A stretch of DNA of 64,000 bases from contig NC_089429.1 in the NCBI RefSeq assembly GCF_026210795.1, positions 806,001 to 870,000 of the forward strand. The letters run 5' to 3'. This DNA comes from Rhizophagus irregularis. Its lineage: Eukaryota. The notes beneath the pieces were generated by a model. The model searched no databases, was not told the DNA's origin, and worked only from the letters and a program-made list of their open reading frames with translations. Numbering within the stretch: position 1 is the first letter of the stretch; the number at the start of each line of letters is the position of its first letter. A program made the position numbers and the translations under genes. Below are positions 1 through 13,220 of the stretch, in pieces.

Positions 1-389
1 TCTACGATTTGATCCATATGATTAGCTTCTAATTGTGCTTTTTGAATAAATTCATCAACTTCATGATTTCCACTTGTCCAATTTTTGAAATTTTGTTGAA
101 ATCTTTTAGAATTACATGGCTGACAATAAGAATAACTAGTATTATTAGGCTGTTTACAATTTTTACATAAACCATTTTTTTTATAATGTTCTTTTAATTC
201 TTTGTCTGTTATTAATTTATCAATTAACAATTCTTGTTCTTTAGTCAAATACCAATATTTGAAGTCTTTTATTTGTTCAAATATATCATCGCTTAGTTTT
301 TCTTTATCAACTAACGACTTTTGTTCTTTAGTCAAACGATGATGACTAAAATTTTTTATTTGCTCAAATACATGTTTAATTTTGTCCAT
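1..389 (-). CDS. TKL-family protein kinase, 5' part (runs off window start)
   Basis: ATG at 389; manual translation MDKIKHVFEQIKNF...GLCKNCKQPN...YCQPCNSKRFQQNFKNWTSGNHEVDEFIQKAQLEA. It shares the CxxC/CxxC + WTSGN N-terminal module of the other kinases in the window. Confidence 0.8.
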   Translation of the reverse strand, partial: MDKIKHVFEQIKNFSHHRLTKEQKSLVDKEKLSDDIFEQIKDFKYWYLTKEQELLIDKLITDKELKEHYKKNGLCKNCKQPNNTSYSYCQPCNSKRFQQNFKNWTSGNHEVDEFIQKAQLEANHMDQIV

Positions 390-1469
390 TTTAATAAATA
401 ATCTATTAAACGAAAGTATATTATTAATTCGTATGTAAAAATTAAAAAATAATGAGGTGAAACGTTATTTTATGTTGCAATTGATTTCAAGATCGGCAAC
501 AAAATTATCAAAAAAAGACTAGTTAAAATACATAGAGGAAACACAACAATCCTGATCGACAATTAAATTTATTCAATTTTGGCAATTTTATTTAAATTCT
601 CCATTAAAAGTAAGATTAAATGACAAATAAAATAAATAAAAGTTTAACTAAATATAGTAAGTATTATGTAACCAAGGATTATTAATAATAAGTGACGAAT
701 TAAAAATGTTATTATAAACAATATATTTAAATTGATTGAAGAACTTTAGTAATATTTTATATATCATGGTAGGTGACAGTCATATAATTTATTGACGCAA
801 TTGAAGGCTAAGCTTTAATAAATCTATTTATTCAAATGTATTCTAGAATATTTATCCAAAGAGAGAATTTGGGAATTTGTAATTGTTTTAAAGTAAATGA
901 AACACAAATCTTTTCGCAAACTTATATAGATTGATATCGTATTGTAAAATAAAATTGATCTCATTAACGCTTACGTCATGCATCAATTTAGCTTATTTGT
1001 AATAATTTTTTTTTTTAAAAAAAAATATTCCACAAAAAATAATTTCGTAAAAAATAATTTTAATAGTTTAATAAAATTAATCAATTTATTTAATGTATTC
1101 AAATGATACGCATAATGTACTTATAGAGGGTAAATTATGTAAAAGGCGAAAAAATGTTTAGAAATAATAAATCTTACAAATCATACGTTCATATAATATT
1201 TTGCAGTATATACAGTATAATAATTTGTAAATATTTTCATTAAGTTTTATATAAATTACAAACTAAGGAACTACTTACTCTAATCTTAATGTTTAAAAAT
1301 AATTCAAAATAAAACAATAATTGAATAATATATCTTTCAATAAAATTTGTAAATAGTTTAAAATCCATCTAAAAGAAAGAACAAATATATTATTGAATTG
1401 AAAATTTATTTTCTATATTATAAACTGATCTAAACACGAAAGATAGCGGTCCTTTATATCATATATTTC

Positions 1470-1608
1470 ATCAATCCAATATTGCTGTATAAATTCTAGA
1501 GAATCCTCCTCAATATTTTAATATGGGATCCATTTAATAATAATAACATTTGGCTCAAGTGTTTCCATTTGACAATTTTTTATTAAATTATTAATATCAT
1601 TATTTCTA
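1470..1608 (-). pseudogene. Degraded TKL kinase relic
   Basis: Reverse strand reads ...aataatgatattaataatttaataaaaaattgtcaaatggaaacactt...tggatcccat...ggaggattctctagaatttatacagca, closely matching 40620-40770 of the intact kinase, with deletions and frameshifts. Confidence 0.7.
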
Positions 1609-4418
1609 GATGTTCCACAAATTCCTCTTGTTCCTGAATAGAAAGAATTTTATCTCGGTCGTAACTTTATTGCTTAAATCTAATTGGTTCAGTTTTTCTT
1701 CTGCTGTAAGAGAATTATCAGCAAGAATTGTTTGATGCATAAATTAATATCCTCTGTGAATATCATTGCGGGTATTATTATCATATAACTATTAAGTGTT
1801 ACGTTATTAATTTTCTTCGAAGAGTGGACATTATTATTATAAAAGTGTACTAATATTCCTAATAAGGAAATTTGTACAAAATTCTTGTCATACAGATTTC
1901 CAAACACAGAAGTTTCATAATCAAATTGCATTACGTAATTCAAAAAATCAAAAAATCAAAAATCACCATAATAGTAATAGTTAATGTGATGTCACAACTG
2001 TCAAAATCAGTGGCCTTGACGGTCATACCTTTTTATTACCATAAGTGATTTTTTTTTTAATTGCCAGATTATGATTCATTATGCCTTTTAGATTTTTCAT
2101 TTATAATGCAGAAAAAAATTTATTAATAATTATTCAAAAAGATAAAAATTTCATATTGATTGTGATAATTGTTTAAGAAAAAGAACTTTTATTTAGAAAA
2201 AAAAATTTGATTTGCATTGCAGAATTTTGCAATGAATTTCTTTTTGCTATAATATTAAATTATTAAAATTTCTGAGATAAAATTATTTTATGATTAAGCA
2301 TTTCCAGAATTCAAATATGGATGCTAAAAGAAAATTTTTAAAAAGGCAAAAGTCAGTGATGGATTAATATGTAATAACAGATAATTCAATGGAAGTTTGT
2401 CATTATTCAAGTAGTTTATTTGAAGAAATTTGTTTTTAGTGTGAAAGATAAGTGGGATAAATCTGATAGAATTAATGTAGATGAAGGTTTTTAATATTAT
2501 TGCAGTAAATGTCATACTATAGTTCAAACAAAAAAAAACATAGCAATTGGCAAAGATAGTATCAAGTTTCAAGTAATAAAAAAATTATAAAAATAATTTG
2601 TTATTAGTCTGTTACAAATTTATTATATAAAGTCATACTTAAATAATTTCACATGATTTAAATCAAAAAGCTACGATGCCGCCAGCAGAAATGAGAATTG
2701 CTATAAAAAATATTTTTTTTTAGTAAACGTCATTATTAATTTATACTGATTATGACAAATGTCATGTTATTCAAGATGAAAGGATCTTCACATTTACCAC
2801 ATGACATATGTAACATCCGCAGTCTACTTGTTCCAGAAATTAATGATTTTTAAACTGATATCCCTTTGTTGATCAAATTTTCCTAAAAAGCGTCTGTATT
2901 TCACTAAATATTGATTTCAGTATACAAATGTAATTAATTCAATTCGTATGCAATACCCTTATAGAATCATATTTTGACAAATTGCTTAATTTTAACGATA
3001 ATGGCGAATGGTAAGAGCAAAACAATTATTTTTAGGACTAATTATGTAAATTTCATATATTTTTTTACCTTAAAAAACGTATACATTTTTTATTTTTTTT
3101 GCGTTCAGGTGTTATAACTCACAATTTATTCCAAGTTAATTTTGAAAAATAATGGGTTCAAATATTTTTTAATCAAGTCGTAATAAGGCATATAATTACA
3201 TGGCATGCGCTAATTTATCTCAACGAAATAAGTATTAATATTATTAGAGCTCAAAGAATTATACGTTCATTTATCAATACATATGTATAAAACTTATATT
3301 TTATAAAAACGAGTTCTTATTACATGAGATAAAATACATAATTCTTTAGCAAAAATTGCAACCAAAAAAAAAAATAATAATAAATGAAGCAATAGATAAT
3401 AACAAACGAAATTATGCATTCATTTCTACGAGATGGACACTTTAAGTTTCAAGAAATCTTATGAAAGAATTCGCTTGTCATTTTAAATACCAGAGCATAT
3501 TATTAATTACACGGAAATTACTTTGATAATTCATTATTATCCTAAACCTCCGGATAAAATGATTGTTAAATAACAATAATCACCTCTCAGTTAAATAGTG
3601 CTAAATTGTTTATTGTTAAATAATGTAATGTTAAATTCATTGTTAAATAGCAGAAACCTTCAATTTTAAAAAATATGGTAAATACATTAACATATATAAC
3701 ATATACCATTGTTAAAAAAGAATGTTTTATTAAAAAATAGTAGAAAAATTTGTTAAAAAGAAAATTGTATTTATATTTTTAAAACTAATAGGTGATTTGT
3801 TAAAAAAGAAATTTTATTTTCTTTTTATTAAAAAAAAAAATGATATCTACAAAATATTTTAGAATGATTTCAAAGTAGGTATAATATATTTTTATTAGTA
3901 AAGTAAAAGGGGTTAAAAACAAACATTAAAATTATACTAATTTAATAGGCTTAAAACTTAACAAATTAAAAAGCCAACATTTAACAAAAAAAATCATAAT
4001 TTAATTTTAAAAGTTATTACTAACAAAAAGCCATATCCGAACTTCCCGTAACCACTCCATGGTTAGGTCATCCTGCCAGTAGGATATGACGATCGACACA
4101 ATGTGAGCAAATGGATCCGGTCCCCTTTTGGCTTCATTTTATCTAGACCTATCACCAATCCAGGTCTCGTGATTTGATGGCTGAAAAAACCTGCTGTTGT
4201 GCTATCAATTCGTGGAACAAAATTTGCATATCCAACGTGACTGCTGATCAATAACGTCATCACCAAAAGAAATGATTGGTGTCAACAGGAATCCAAAACT
4301 TCCAAATTTGCTGTTCCAAGCATGTGTTAATTTTGTACTGCGCCACGGTATATAACTCCGAAAATTTATAAATTTATTTCATTTTGAAATGAATGAAAGC
4401 CCAATCTCCTTTTTCAAC

Positions 4419-6071
4419 ATGGCATGCTCAAAAATATTTTCAGGAGATTTACCCGAATTAACAAATGAAATTATACAATATTTTAGAAAAGATTTTTCAA
4501 CATTATATTCATGTATTTTAGTTAATAGATTATGGTGTCGCTTAGCAATTCCATTATTATGGGAAAATCCATTTCCAAAAAGTTATTCTAAAAATTACCA
4601 ATTCATTAAAATTTACTTAAATAAATTAAATGAAGATGACAAAATAAAATTAAATGAATATGGATTGAATTATAATTTATCTCCATCAAGTACATTATTT
4701 AATTATCCTAGTTTTATTAAATATCTAAATACACGGGATGTTGTTTTCTTTATTAAGAATTGGGTTAATACTTTAGTGGATAGTAAAAACCATGAAGAGC
4801 TAGTGAACTTAATTTATGGGTTATTAATGAAAGTTTTTATTGAAAATGAAGGAATTTTAAATTCTTTTGAAGTTATATCAAACTTGAATTGGAATCTTGA
4901 ATATTTTAATAATATTACAGACTTGATATTACAAAATCCGAATCTTACATACAACATCCGAAAATTAAAATTAGATATTTCTTGTCCAAATCTTATACAA
5001 TTTTTGAAATTTTTATATACTAATTGCAATTCAATCTCAATGATTGTTCTTAATTCTCTATATTCAAATGTTGATAATCGATCATTAGTTGAAAAATATT
5101 TATCACAAATAATAATTTCACAACATAATCTTAAAAAAATTTTATTTGAATATAATATTATGATATATAAACCATTTTTAGCATTAAAAAATTCTAATTG
5201 TTCAAATACTTTAAATACAATTATATTTTTTTTCATTGATTTTAAAAATATAATTAGTATTTTACAAGAGGTTTTCGATCAATTGAATGTTTTAGAATCT
5301 ATTCACATTCTTTATTGTAATTCTTTAAATTCTGATTTTGTTCAACAAATTATTAAGGTCATTAAACCTTTTAAATTGAGATCTTTGTTTATGAAAGAAA
5401 TATTACATGTTGAATCATCACAATTATTTGTACAGAAAATTAGTGATTGGTTAGAAAATCTTGGATTTATGAGGAGTAATACAAGAGAATATAATGAATC
5501 AAAACGACAATTACTTGAATTTATTATAAAATATTGTAAAAGGATTAGATGTTTTGAACCGGGTACACCTGATAATAATATTATATATCAATTAATTGAA
5601 AATAATCAACATAGTATTAATTATCTTAATATTGAAGTAGACCTTCTCAATGATCATGTTGATTTAAGTTCAAGTGTATTACAAAATTTAGGACAGATTC
5701 TTCCTTCTAAATTAGAATACTTACGTTTAAGACTTTGTATTAATACAAGTGATCTGGAAATATTTTTAAAAAATTCACAAAATACTTTTATTAAAAAATT
5801 AGTAATTAATTATAAGTTGTATGATAAAGGTGAAGAAGTTTTATTTTATATAAAGAAATATATTATGAAGAAGGAAAGGGTTAAATATTTGGTTATTAAT
5901 AATAATGATTTAAATATTGAATTATTTACTTTAAAAAACGAAGTAAATGAATTTAAATTACATAATATTATAGTTAAAAAATCCTCTGATTTATATTTTA
6001 ATCCATATGATTTTATAATTAATAATTATTCACAAGTAAACGTAGTGTATAATTGTATAAATATATTGTAA
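4419..6071 (+). CDS. F-box/LRR-like (RNI-like) protein, single exon
   Basis: 560-aa ORF from 4389; the family-conserved start MACSKIF is at 4419. F-box-like LPELTNEIIQYF..DFSTLYSCILVNRLWCRLAIPLLW motif followed by degenerate LRRs (LESIHI, LRSLFM, LEYLRL). Confidence 0.85.
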   Translation: MACSKIFSGDLPELTNEIIQYFRKDFSTLYSCILVNRLWCRLAIPLLWENPFPKSYSKNYQFIKIYLNKLNEDDKIKLNEYGLNYNLSPSSTLFNYPSFIKYLNTRDVVFFIKNWVNTLVDSKNHEELVNLIYGLLMKVFIENEGILNSFEVISNLNWNLEYFNNITDLILQNPNLTYNIRKLKLDISCPNLIQFLKFLYTNCNSISMIVLNSLYSNVDNRSLVEKYLSQIIISQHNLKKILFEYNIMIYKPFLALKNSNCSNTLNTIIFFFIDFKNIISILQEVFDQLNVLESIHILYCNSLNSDFVQQIIKVIKPFKLRSLFMKEILHVESSQLFVQKISDWLENLGFMRSNTREYNESKRQLLEFIIKYCKRIRCFEPGTPDNNIIYQLIENNQHSINYLNIEVDLLNDHVDLSSSVLQNLGQILPSKLEYLRLRLCINTSDLEIFLKNSQNTFIKKLVINYKLYDKGEEVLFYIKKYIMKKERVKYLVINNNDLNIELFTLKNEVNEFKLHNIIVKKSSDLYFNPYDFIINNYSQVNVVYNCINIL

Positions 6072-7746
6072 TTGCATTATTAAAACTTCGCAAATACATT
6101 GTTAAATTTAGTAAATATGAAATAATACATTATATACTAACCTTGAATAAATACTTGTTTCTTATATGTCAATAATTTTCAAATCCGTGACTACCACTGA
6201 TGTACTATTTATATCAACTTCACTTATAGAATGGATCATTCGTGTATCTCAAAACCTTTAATTTGGCATCCTGGCCAATTCAAATAAATCCGAAGGTGAA
6301 ACCAAAAAAGAAGTAAAAGGCAATAAATAACCCATTTCTTTAATTAAGAAAATCAAAGTTTGAAATAATTCCAAAACTTACCACACATCTTCAAAATTAC
6401 AAAGATGAAACTACAAAAAAAGAAACTTTCAATTAGAAAAGAAAAAAATCAGAATTTCACAACAGCGAAACTTACCATTTTTTTTTCACTAGAATCCCCT
6501 AACCTATATATATATATAACTCGGGGTCCCATGGGAAGTTTGTTTTTGGTAATAATATCACTTTTTTTTGACAGTTCGATGAAGAAAATCGTTTTAATAA
6601 CAATATGTTTGAAATTTTAATGTTATAAATTTACTAGTAAAATAATTTCTCTTCATAATAAACTATGATGAAATATAATCAAGTTAAAGTTATCATTGAT
6701 CAGCAAAAAAAATTTTCATGACTGAAATAAATACTTGATTTTTTATTTGGTGAACCAAATCTGGATGTGATTTTCATTATTTCATGTCTACCAATTAATT
6801 ATCTGATACGTCTATTGCGATAAAACAAATATTTTTTTTTGATTAGCGTCACGCATAAATCTTTATATTTTGTTATCTATTAGGAAAGGAAATGACTATA
6901 TCTGGTTTATTTTTGTTAGTAACTAGAAGTTAAAAAAAAAAATACACGTGATTTTATATTTTTTTAACGTTAAATTAGTAATTTGTCATTATCTTTTATC
7001 CTCTAATTTACTAGCGAGAAATATATTGTTAAAATCAGGTGATAAGCTGAATTTTTCGAGGTGGTTACTTGATGTCATACCAATATCCAATCCGAAATTT
7101 TCACAAAAAATATTTCTTTTTATTTTGTCATAATTTCAACATATTACACTAATATATAATTTTCTTTATTACATACGCCAATTTACTAGTGTGGATCTAA
7201 TAAATAATGTCAAAGATTGTAGTTAATTATTGTACGAAGAGTAATAACACTTTAATGATTTATAGGCAAATTCATATGAGTTAGAAATAATAATATTTTT
7301 AAATATATCTAGAGCTTCTGGTCAGATAATTAATATATTATTAACACAATCTATTATTAATCATATTTAATGATGTCCAAATCTCAGATTATGAGAATCA
7401 ATTGCATATAATCTACAATCTTTAACATTGATTGATACTCTGGAGGTTTTACATATTTTACAGTACATTAATAAATTAAAATACAACTTCCATTTTTAAA
7501 CTCAGGCCTTTATTTATTCATATAAATTTTATAAATGTGGTTAAATTTATTCAAAAAATTTTTTTAAAGGTCGTAACGACTTTGATAATAGATTCGTGAC
7601 GATTTAGATCAGTGATCGTCTTAATGCGCAGTAACTAGATTGTATCCAAATAATTACTAAAAATTCACTATTCTGGCACAATTTAATACATTTCAGCAAA
7701 GAACTTATCGTCTTATCCCAATGAAGATTTTGTAATGCCTTATTTA

Positions 7747-9437
7747 TTAACATTGTGTATGGTTATTTATATAACTAAATGTATCAATATATAAATCCTC
7801 ATATTTTTGAACTATAATATTATGTAATTTATATTCATTTACTTCGTCTTTTAAAAAAAATAATTCGACAGGTGCTGTACTGGCATTAGAATCTGATTCT
7901 ACAATAGCCAAATATTTAATCCTTTCCTTTTTTATAATATATTTCTTTATAAAAAATAAAATTTTTGTATTTTCATCTCTTTCATCTTCTTCGGGTGTAT
8001 ACTCGAATTTATTACTAATTAATAATTTCTTAATGAAAGTATTTTGTGAATTTTTTAAAAATATTTCTAGATCACTTGTAATAAAAGAAAGAGCTAAACA
8101 TAAATATTCTAACCTAGAAGGAAGAGCCTGTCCTAAATTTCGTAATAAAATTGAACTGTCTTTATAAATAGAATAATTTTCGAAAAAATCCCTTCAATAG
8201 TAATATAATTAATAATATGTTGATTCTTTTCAATTAATAAGTAAATACTATTATTATTATTATAATAATAAGGTATACCCGAATAAAAATATCTAATCTT
8301 TTTACAATATTTTATAATAAATTCAAATAATTGTTGTTTTTGTTCATAATAAATGGTTTCTCCCATTTTTCCACATCCAAATCCAAGATTTTCTAAACAA
8401 CCACTAAATTTCTGTAATAATAATAGTAATGATTCAATATGTTCATTAAGTATTATTTCATTCATAAACAAAGATCTTAATTTAAAAGGTTTAATGACCT
8501 TAATAATTTGTTGAACAAAATCTGGATTTAAAGAATAACAATAAATAATGTGAATAGATTCTAAAACATTCAATTGATCAAAAACCTCTTGTAAAATACT
8601 AATTATATTTTTAAAATCAATGAAATAAAATGTAATTGTATTTAAAGTATTTGAACAATTAAAATTTTTTAATGTTAAAAATGGATTATATAAATTAACA
8701 AAAGATCCAAATGAAATTTTTTTGAGATTATTTTGTGAAATAATTATTGGTGATAAATAATTTTCAACTAATGAATAATCATTGATATCAATTTTATATA
8801 AAGGAAATTTAAAAACAATCGATGAGATTGAATTGTAATTAGAACTTAAAAATTTTAAAAATGGAATGGTATTTTCCGATAAGGTAACATGACTGAGTGT
8901 TAAACCTCTGATATTGTATGTAAGATTTGGATATTGTAAAATCAAGTCTATTGTATCATCAAAATAACTATTATAATAAAAATTCATGTCCAATACAACT
9001 TCAAAAGAATGTGAGTTTACTTCATTTTCAATGAGTAATGACCTATAAGCTAATTTTCCTAGAATATGATTGTATTTATACTCTAAAGTAATAACCCAAT
9101 CTTCAACAGAATTACTAATTTTAAATGTATCTAAGTATTTAATAAAACTAGGATAATTGAATAATGTATTTGAAAGTAATAAATTATCATTAATTCCATA
9201 TTCATTAAATTTTGCTTTGCCATCCTCATTTAAGAAGCATAAATAAGTATTAATATAATGATAATTTTGAGTAGAAAGTGAAAATGGATCTTCCCATAAT
9301 AATGGAATGGCTAAACGGCACCATAATCTATTTACTAAAATACATGAATATAATGTTGAAATATCTTTTCTAAGATACTGTATAATGTTATAGGTTAGTT
9401 CAGGTAAATCTCCTGAAAATATTTTTGAGCATGTCAT
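7747..9437 (-). pseudogene. F-box/LRR-like paralog with one frameshift near 8160-8200
   Basis: ORF 9446-8133 matches the 4419 gene. The missing C-terminus (SSILLRNLGQALPSRLEYLCL...KDEVNEYKLHNIIVQKYEDLYIDTFSYINNHTQC*) continues in another frame to a stop at 7747-7749. Confidence 0.8.
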
Positions 9438-10073
9438 GTTGAGCAAAAGAAAAAGGAGTTTGCTTTCATTTCAAAATGAAATAAATTTATAAATTTTCAG
9501 AGTTGTACAATTTTATTTAGTATTCCATAAAAGGACAACAAAAGAACCAAAAATAGCATGTAAATCATTCCTTTAAATAATTCTGTTAATTTCAAGAAAG
9601 GTTATGTCTTTTGTCAATCAGGTGGAGGTGTACTAATTCCGGGCCTGCTGATCTCCTTTATTTGTTACAATACATTGAAATATCATAAAGTAAATTCTTA
9701 TTATAAAACGTATATAATTATTTGTGATTATTTACAAATTCCTAATAAAATGATCAATTAATTAACTCTTTATAGATGTTTTATTGTCCAATAAGAAAAT
9801 TACTACGAAACTTCAGGTATATTAAGTATTATTCTTAACTAGTAAAGAAGAAAAAAGCAAAGAGCGATCAGTGACTGAAGAAGATATGGATTTGCATATA
9901 CAGGTGAATCAGAATTGTTCATCACATCTACCCAAAATTAAAAAGAAGAAATTTCAGAGGACAAAAAAATTGGACAAAAGAGAGTTAGTAAAGAAGAAGT
10001 GAGTAGAGGGACATTAGTAATAGTGATAGTGATGGTGAGAGTAGTCTAGTAAATATTGTTACAGAGGTAGCAT

Positions 10074-10424
10074 TAGGGATGGCAACAGTCGGTCATGGTT
10101 GGTTATCGGTCGGTCATAACCGGTTATGGGTCTTTGACCGACCGACTGACCATTTTGGCTGACCGGTTATTAAGAAAAAATGTTAAAAAGTTTTTTTTTT
10201 TGATTAAATCCGCTAATAAAAACATTATACAACTTTTTATTGATTAAGCTCATAAAAAAGTGTTAAATGAATAGGGTTGGTTAAATGGTCAGTTAACGAT
10301 CAGTTAAACGGTCGGTTAAACGGTCAGTCAAGTTAAATGGTCGGTCAGAGTTTTTACTGACTGATATCGGTCACGGTTATTAACCAGTCATGACCAGTTA
10401 TGACCGTAACTATTGCCATCCCTA
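10074..10424. mobile_element. hAT-type MITE (TAGGGATGGCAA family, copy 1)
   Basis: TIR TAGGGATGGCAA...TTGCCATCCCTA; perfect 8-bp TSD GGTAGCAT (10066-10073 / 10425-10432); subterminal GACCG/CGGTC repeats. Confidence 0.92.
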
Positions 10425-10920
10425 GGTAGCATGTAAAGTAGGAAAGGTAAGAAGGGTCGTAAAATGAAGAAAAAGAATAAAAAGAAGTGGTAAGTTTGTT
10501 GATTAGGTACCTCGTGTTATGGGCGAAGGTATTAGCTAGATTTTTAATTAGAATTTAAATTGAAAACCATAAATAGTAGTAGTTGTATGTAGTTAATTGT
10601 TATGTATTAATTTGTCATGATAGTTTAGCGTGTTTAGTAGATAGATATTAGGAGATGCATGCGTCTAAATTGTGACAATTTGTTTTTTTCAAATATTAAT
10701 AAGTTTTTTTTTAAAAAAAAAAATAAGTATTATTAAATCATGTTATTTTATTTTCTCAAATCAAATTAAATATTATTGATCTCCCGGATATCTGAAAAAA
10801 AAAATTATCTGGGGATACACAAAAAAATTTGAGTTCTAATTTTTATTAATTGCTACAATATCTTTTAATTATACTAACAAAATCAAGATACAAGAAATTA
10901 TATTATGGTCATTCAAAATA

Positions 10921-11058
10921 TGAATTGTGAAAATTGTTATAATGTATATATGAATAAAGGGGATATATGGTGTAAATTATGTCAAACAAATTATTTTTAT
11001 GAAAATTTCACAACTTGAACCAGTGGCAATAAAAAAGTTGATAGTTTTATCCATGAAG
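10921..11058 (+). pseudogene. TKL kinase N-terminal relic joined to F-box pseudogene
   Basis: Translates NCENCYNVYMNKGDIWCKLCQTNYFYENFTT*TSGNKKVDSFIHE (the W of WTSGN is a stop), then switches abruptly to F-box sequence. Confidence 0.7.
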
Positions 11059-11319
11059 TTTTAGAAAAGATTTTTCGACATTATATTCATGTATTTAGTC
11101 AATAGATTACAGTGTTCAGAAAATGACTTGAAATGACCAAATGATTCAAATGACAAATGATATAACATGTAACTTAAAAATTAGTTAACTTCATTACTAA
11201 ATAAAAAAATAAAATATTTATTATATTAATATTTACGAAATTATTATTTTTTTTAAAAAAATCAATAACATGTAGAAAAATTGAACGACGTTGATAGAAA
11301 AGATGGTCAATTAAATTGA

Positions 11320-12140
11320 ATGCCGGATAAATAGTTTGATTTTCAAATTCATAAGAATCAAAAAAATTTGATACTATTTCTTACAATATTATATTATGTG
11401 AAGAAATTGTTGATTTAATAATAGATTATTATAACCAAATCCATATCCAAAATTCTCTATCCCTATAAAAGTATTTATATTTAAAATATAATTAAAAACT
11501 TTTTAAAATATATTTAAAATATACTTAAAATATATTTAATTTAAAAATTGCGAAATACTTATAATATACTTAAAATGTATTTAAAATTATCTTAAAATAT
11601 ATTTCTAATATATTTAATTTTTGCCCAAATACTTAAAATATACTTAAATTATATTTAAATTAAAATTTAAGTATATTATAGATATATTTTTTACATACTT
11701 AAAATATTCTTATAATATATTTCATAATATATTTTAAGTATATTTTAAGTATGTAAAAAATATACTTATAATAATCTTATAATATACTTAAATTTTAATT
11801 TAAATATAATTTAAATATATTTTAAGTATATGGGCAAAAATTAAATATATTAGACATATATTTTAAGATAATTTTAAGTATATTTTAGATATATTAAAAA
11901 TATATTATAAGTATTTTGCAATTTTTAAATTAAGTATATTTTAAATATATTTTAAGTATATTTTAAGTATAATACTTTTTATAGGGTATATAATCTCCAG
12001 ATTTTTGAATAAATAAATGGTTTAGTTAAATTAATAATTTATTGAGTAAAATTAAGTATCAAAAGAATAATAAATTAATAATAAATGAAATAAATGAAAT
12101 GAATAGTTTCTAATACATTTAATTGTTCAAATATTTTTCC
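11320..12140 (-). pseudogene. F-box/LRR internal fragment inside the hAT element, antisense to the host gene
   Basis: Minus strand reads KIFEQLNVLETIHF...IINLTKPF..QKSGDY|MITE|ENFGYGFGYNNLLLNQQ...YCK..IKFFDSYEFENQTIY..FNLI, homologous to 18995-19330. Confidence 0.75.
11461..11986. mobile_element. Foldback MITE with CCC...GGG termini (CMC/EnSpm-like)
   Basis: CCCTATAAAA...TTTTATAGGG; nearly the whole element is an inverted repeat of ATATACTTAAAAT-type units; 3-bp TSD TAT. Confidence 0.85.
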
Positions 12141-12710
12141 TCATTTTCATTTGAGAATTGAAATGACATGCATCGATTTTAAAAAATAATAATTTTGTAA
12201 ATATTAATATTTTATCTCTTTATTTAATAATAAATGTTAACTAATTACAAAAAAATTTAAAAAATAAAAAATTTAACCGAAAAACAAAAACTTTTGCTTA
12301 AAGCTATTATTAATAAAAAAAATATTTTTGGAACTTCACCTATATATAAGAATTTCTGGGTTTCTAACTGATCTTTATGATAATAACTTGTGAGAATGTG
12401 AGATAATTAAATAATCAGTAATGATCTATAAATAGAAATAAAAAGGTTATCCTATGATCACTCAGATAAATGAGGTATTGAATTACTAGGCTAATATCAG
12501 AACGCTCATCCACGCTTACTCAGGCATATATACCAGATTTCATCTAGACTCACAAAGAATCCCGACAAATAAATATATTTGGAAAACCTTAGACATATAT
12601 ATACGTGAGCAGACCCATGAACTAAATCGTAAAAAAGCCTTCATTGCAATTAAAGCTCAATTGAACACAATAACTCACCTAATATCAGGGATAATGAAAA
12701 AATTTCATTA

Positions 12711-12763
12711 GGTATAAGGTGGTATCCAGGTATAAGGTGGTATCCAAGTATAAGGTGGTATCC
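12711..12763. repeat. 18-bp tandem repeat x3 (GGTATAAGGTGGTATCCA)
   Basis: Directly visible. Confidence 0.9.
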
Positions 12764-12894
12764 TATCACCTGAAAACATAAATATACCTTATAAATATTT
12801 ATCAGCTAGAAAGATGCTTCTATAAAGGTCCAAAACTACTCCTATTTATAAGAAATTTTTACATTATACTTAATATAAATTTTACTATACTTAT

Positions 12895-13220
12895 ATTTTA
12901 CAATAAGACAAACCCTTATTACTAATTTTCCATTATATTAATATAATAACTATAATGAGTCATAACTATTAACAATAAAATAAACAATTACAAACCCTGA
13001 TTAATAATTTTTCATTACTATATTAATTATTCAATAAAATAACTTATAATGAGTCATAACTATTAATATTTACAATGAGATAAATAATTACACGCCCTGA
13101 TTACTAATTTTCCATTATATTCTTTTGTCAATAAAATAACTTATAATGAGTCATAACTATTAATATTTACAATAAGATGAATAATTACAAACCCTGATTA
13201 CTAATTTTCCATTATATTCT
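12895..13220. repeat. ~95-bp tandem repeat, ~3.5 copies, inside the hAT element
   Basis: TATAATGAGTCATAACTATTAA recurs at 12951, 13045 and 13142. Confidence 0.85.

Noticed and set aside
3541..4067. Possible MITE (CCTAA.CC ends, TTGTTAAA/TTAACAA arrays)
   Set aside because: TIR too short and degenerate, and no matching TSD.
4814..5236. Antisense 140-aa ORF (also 30859, 30873, 32716, 56642, 60511, 63416)
   Set aside because: Shadow ORFs opposite real coding sequence.
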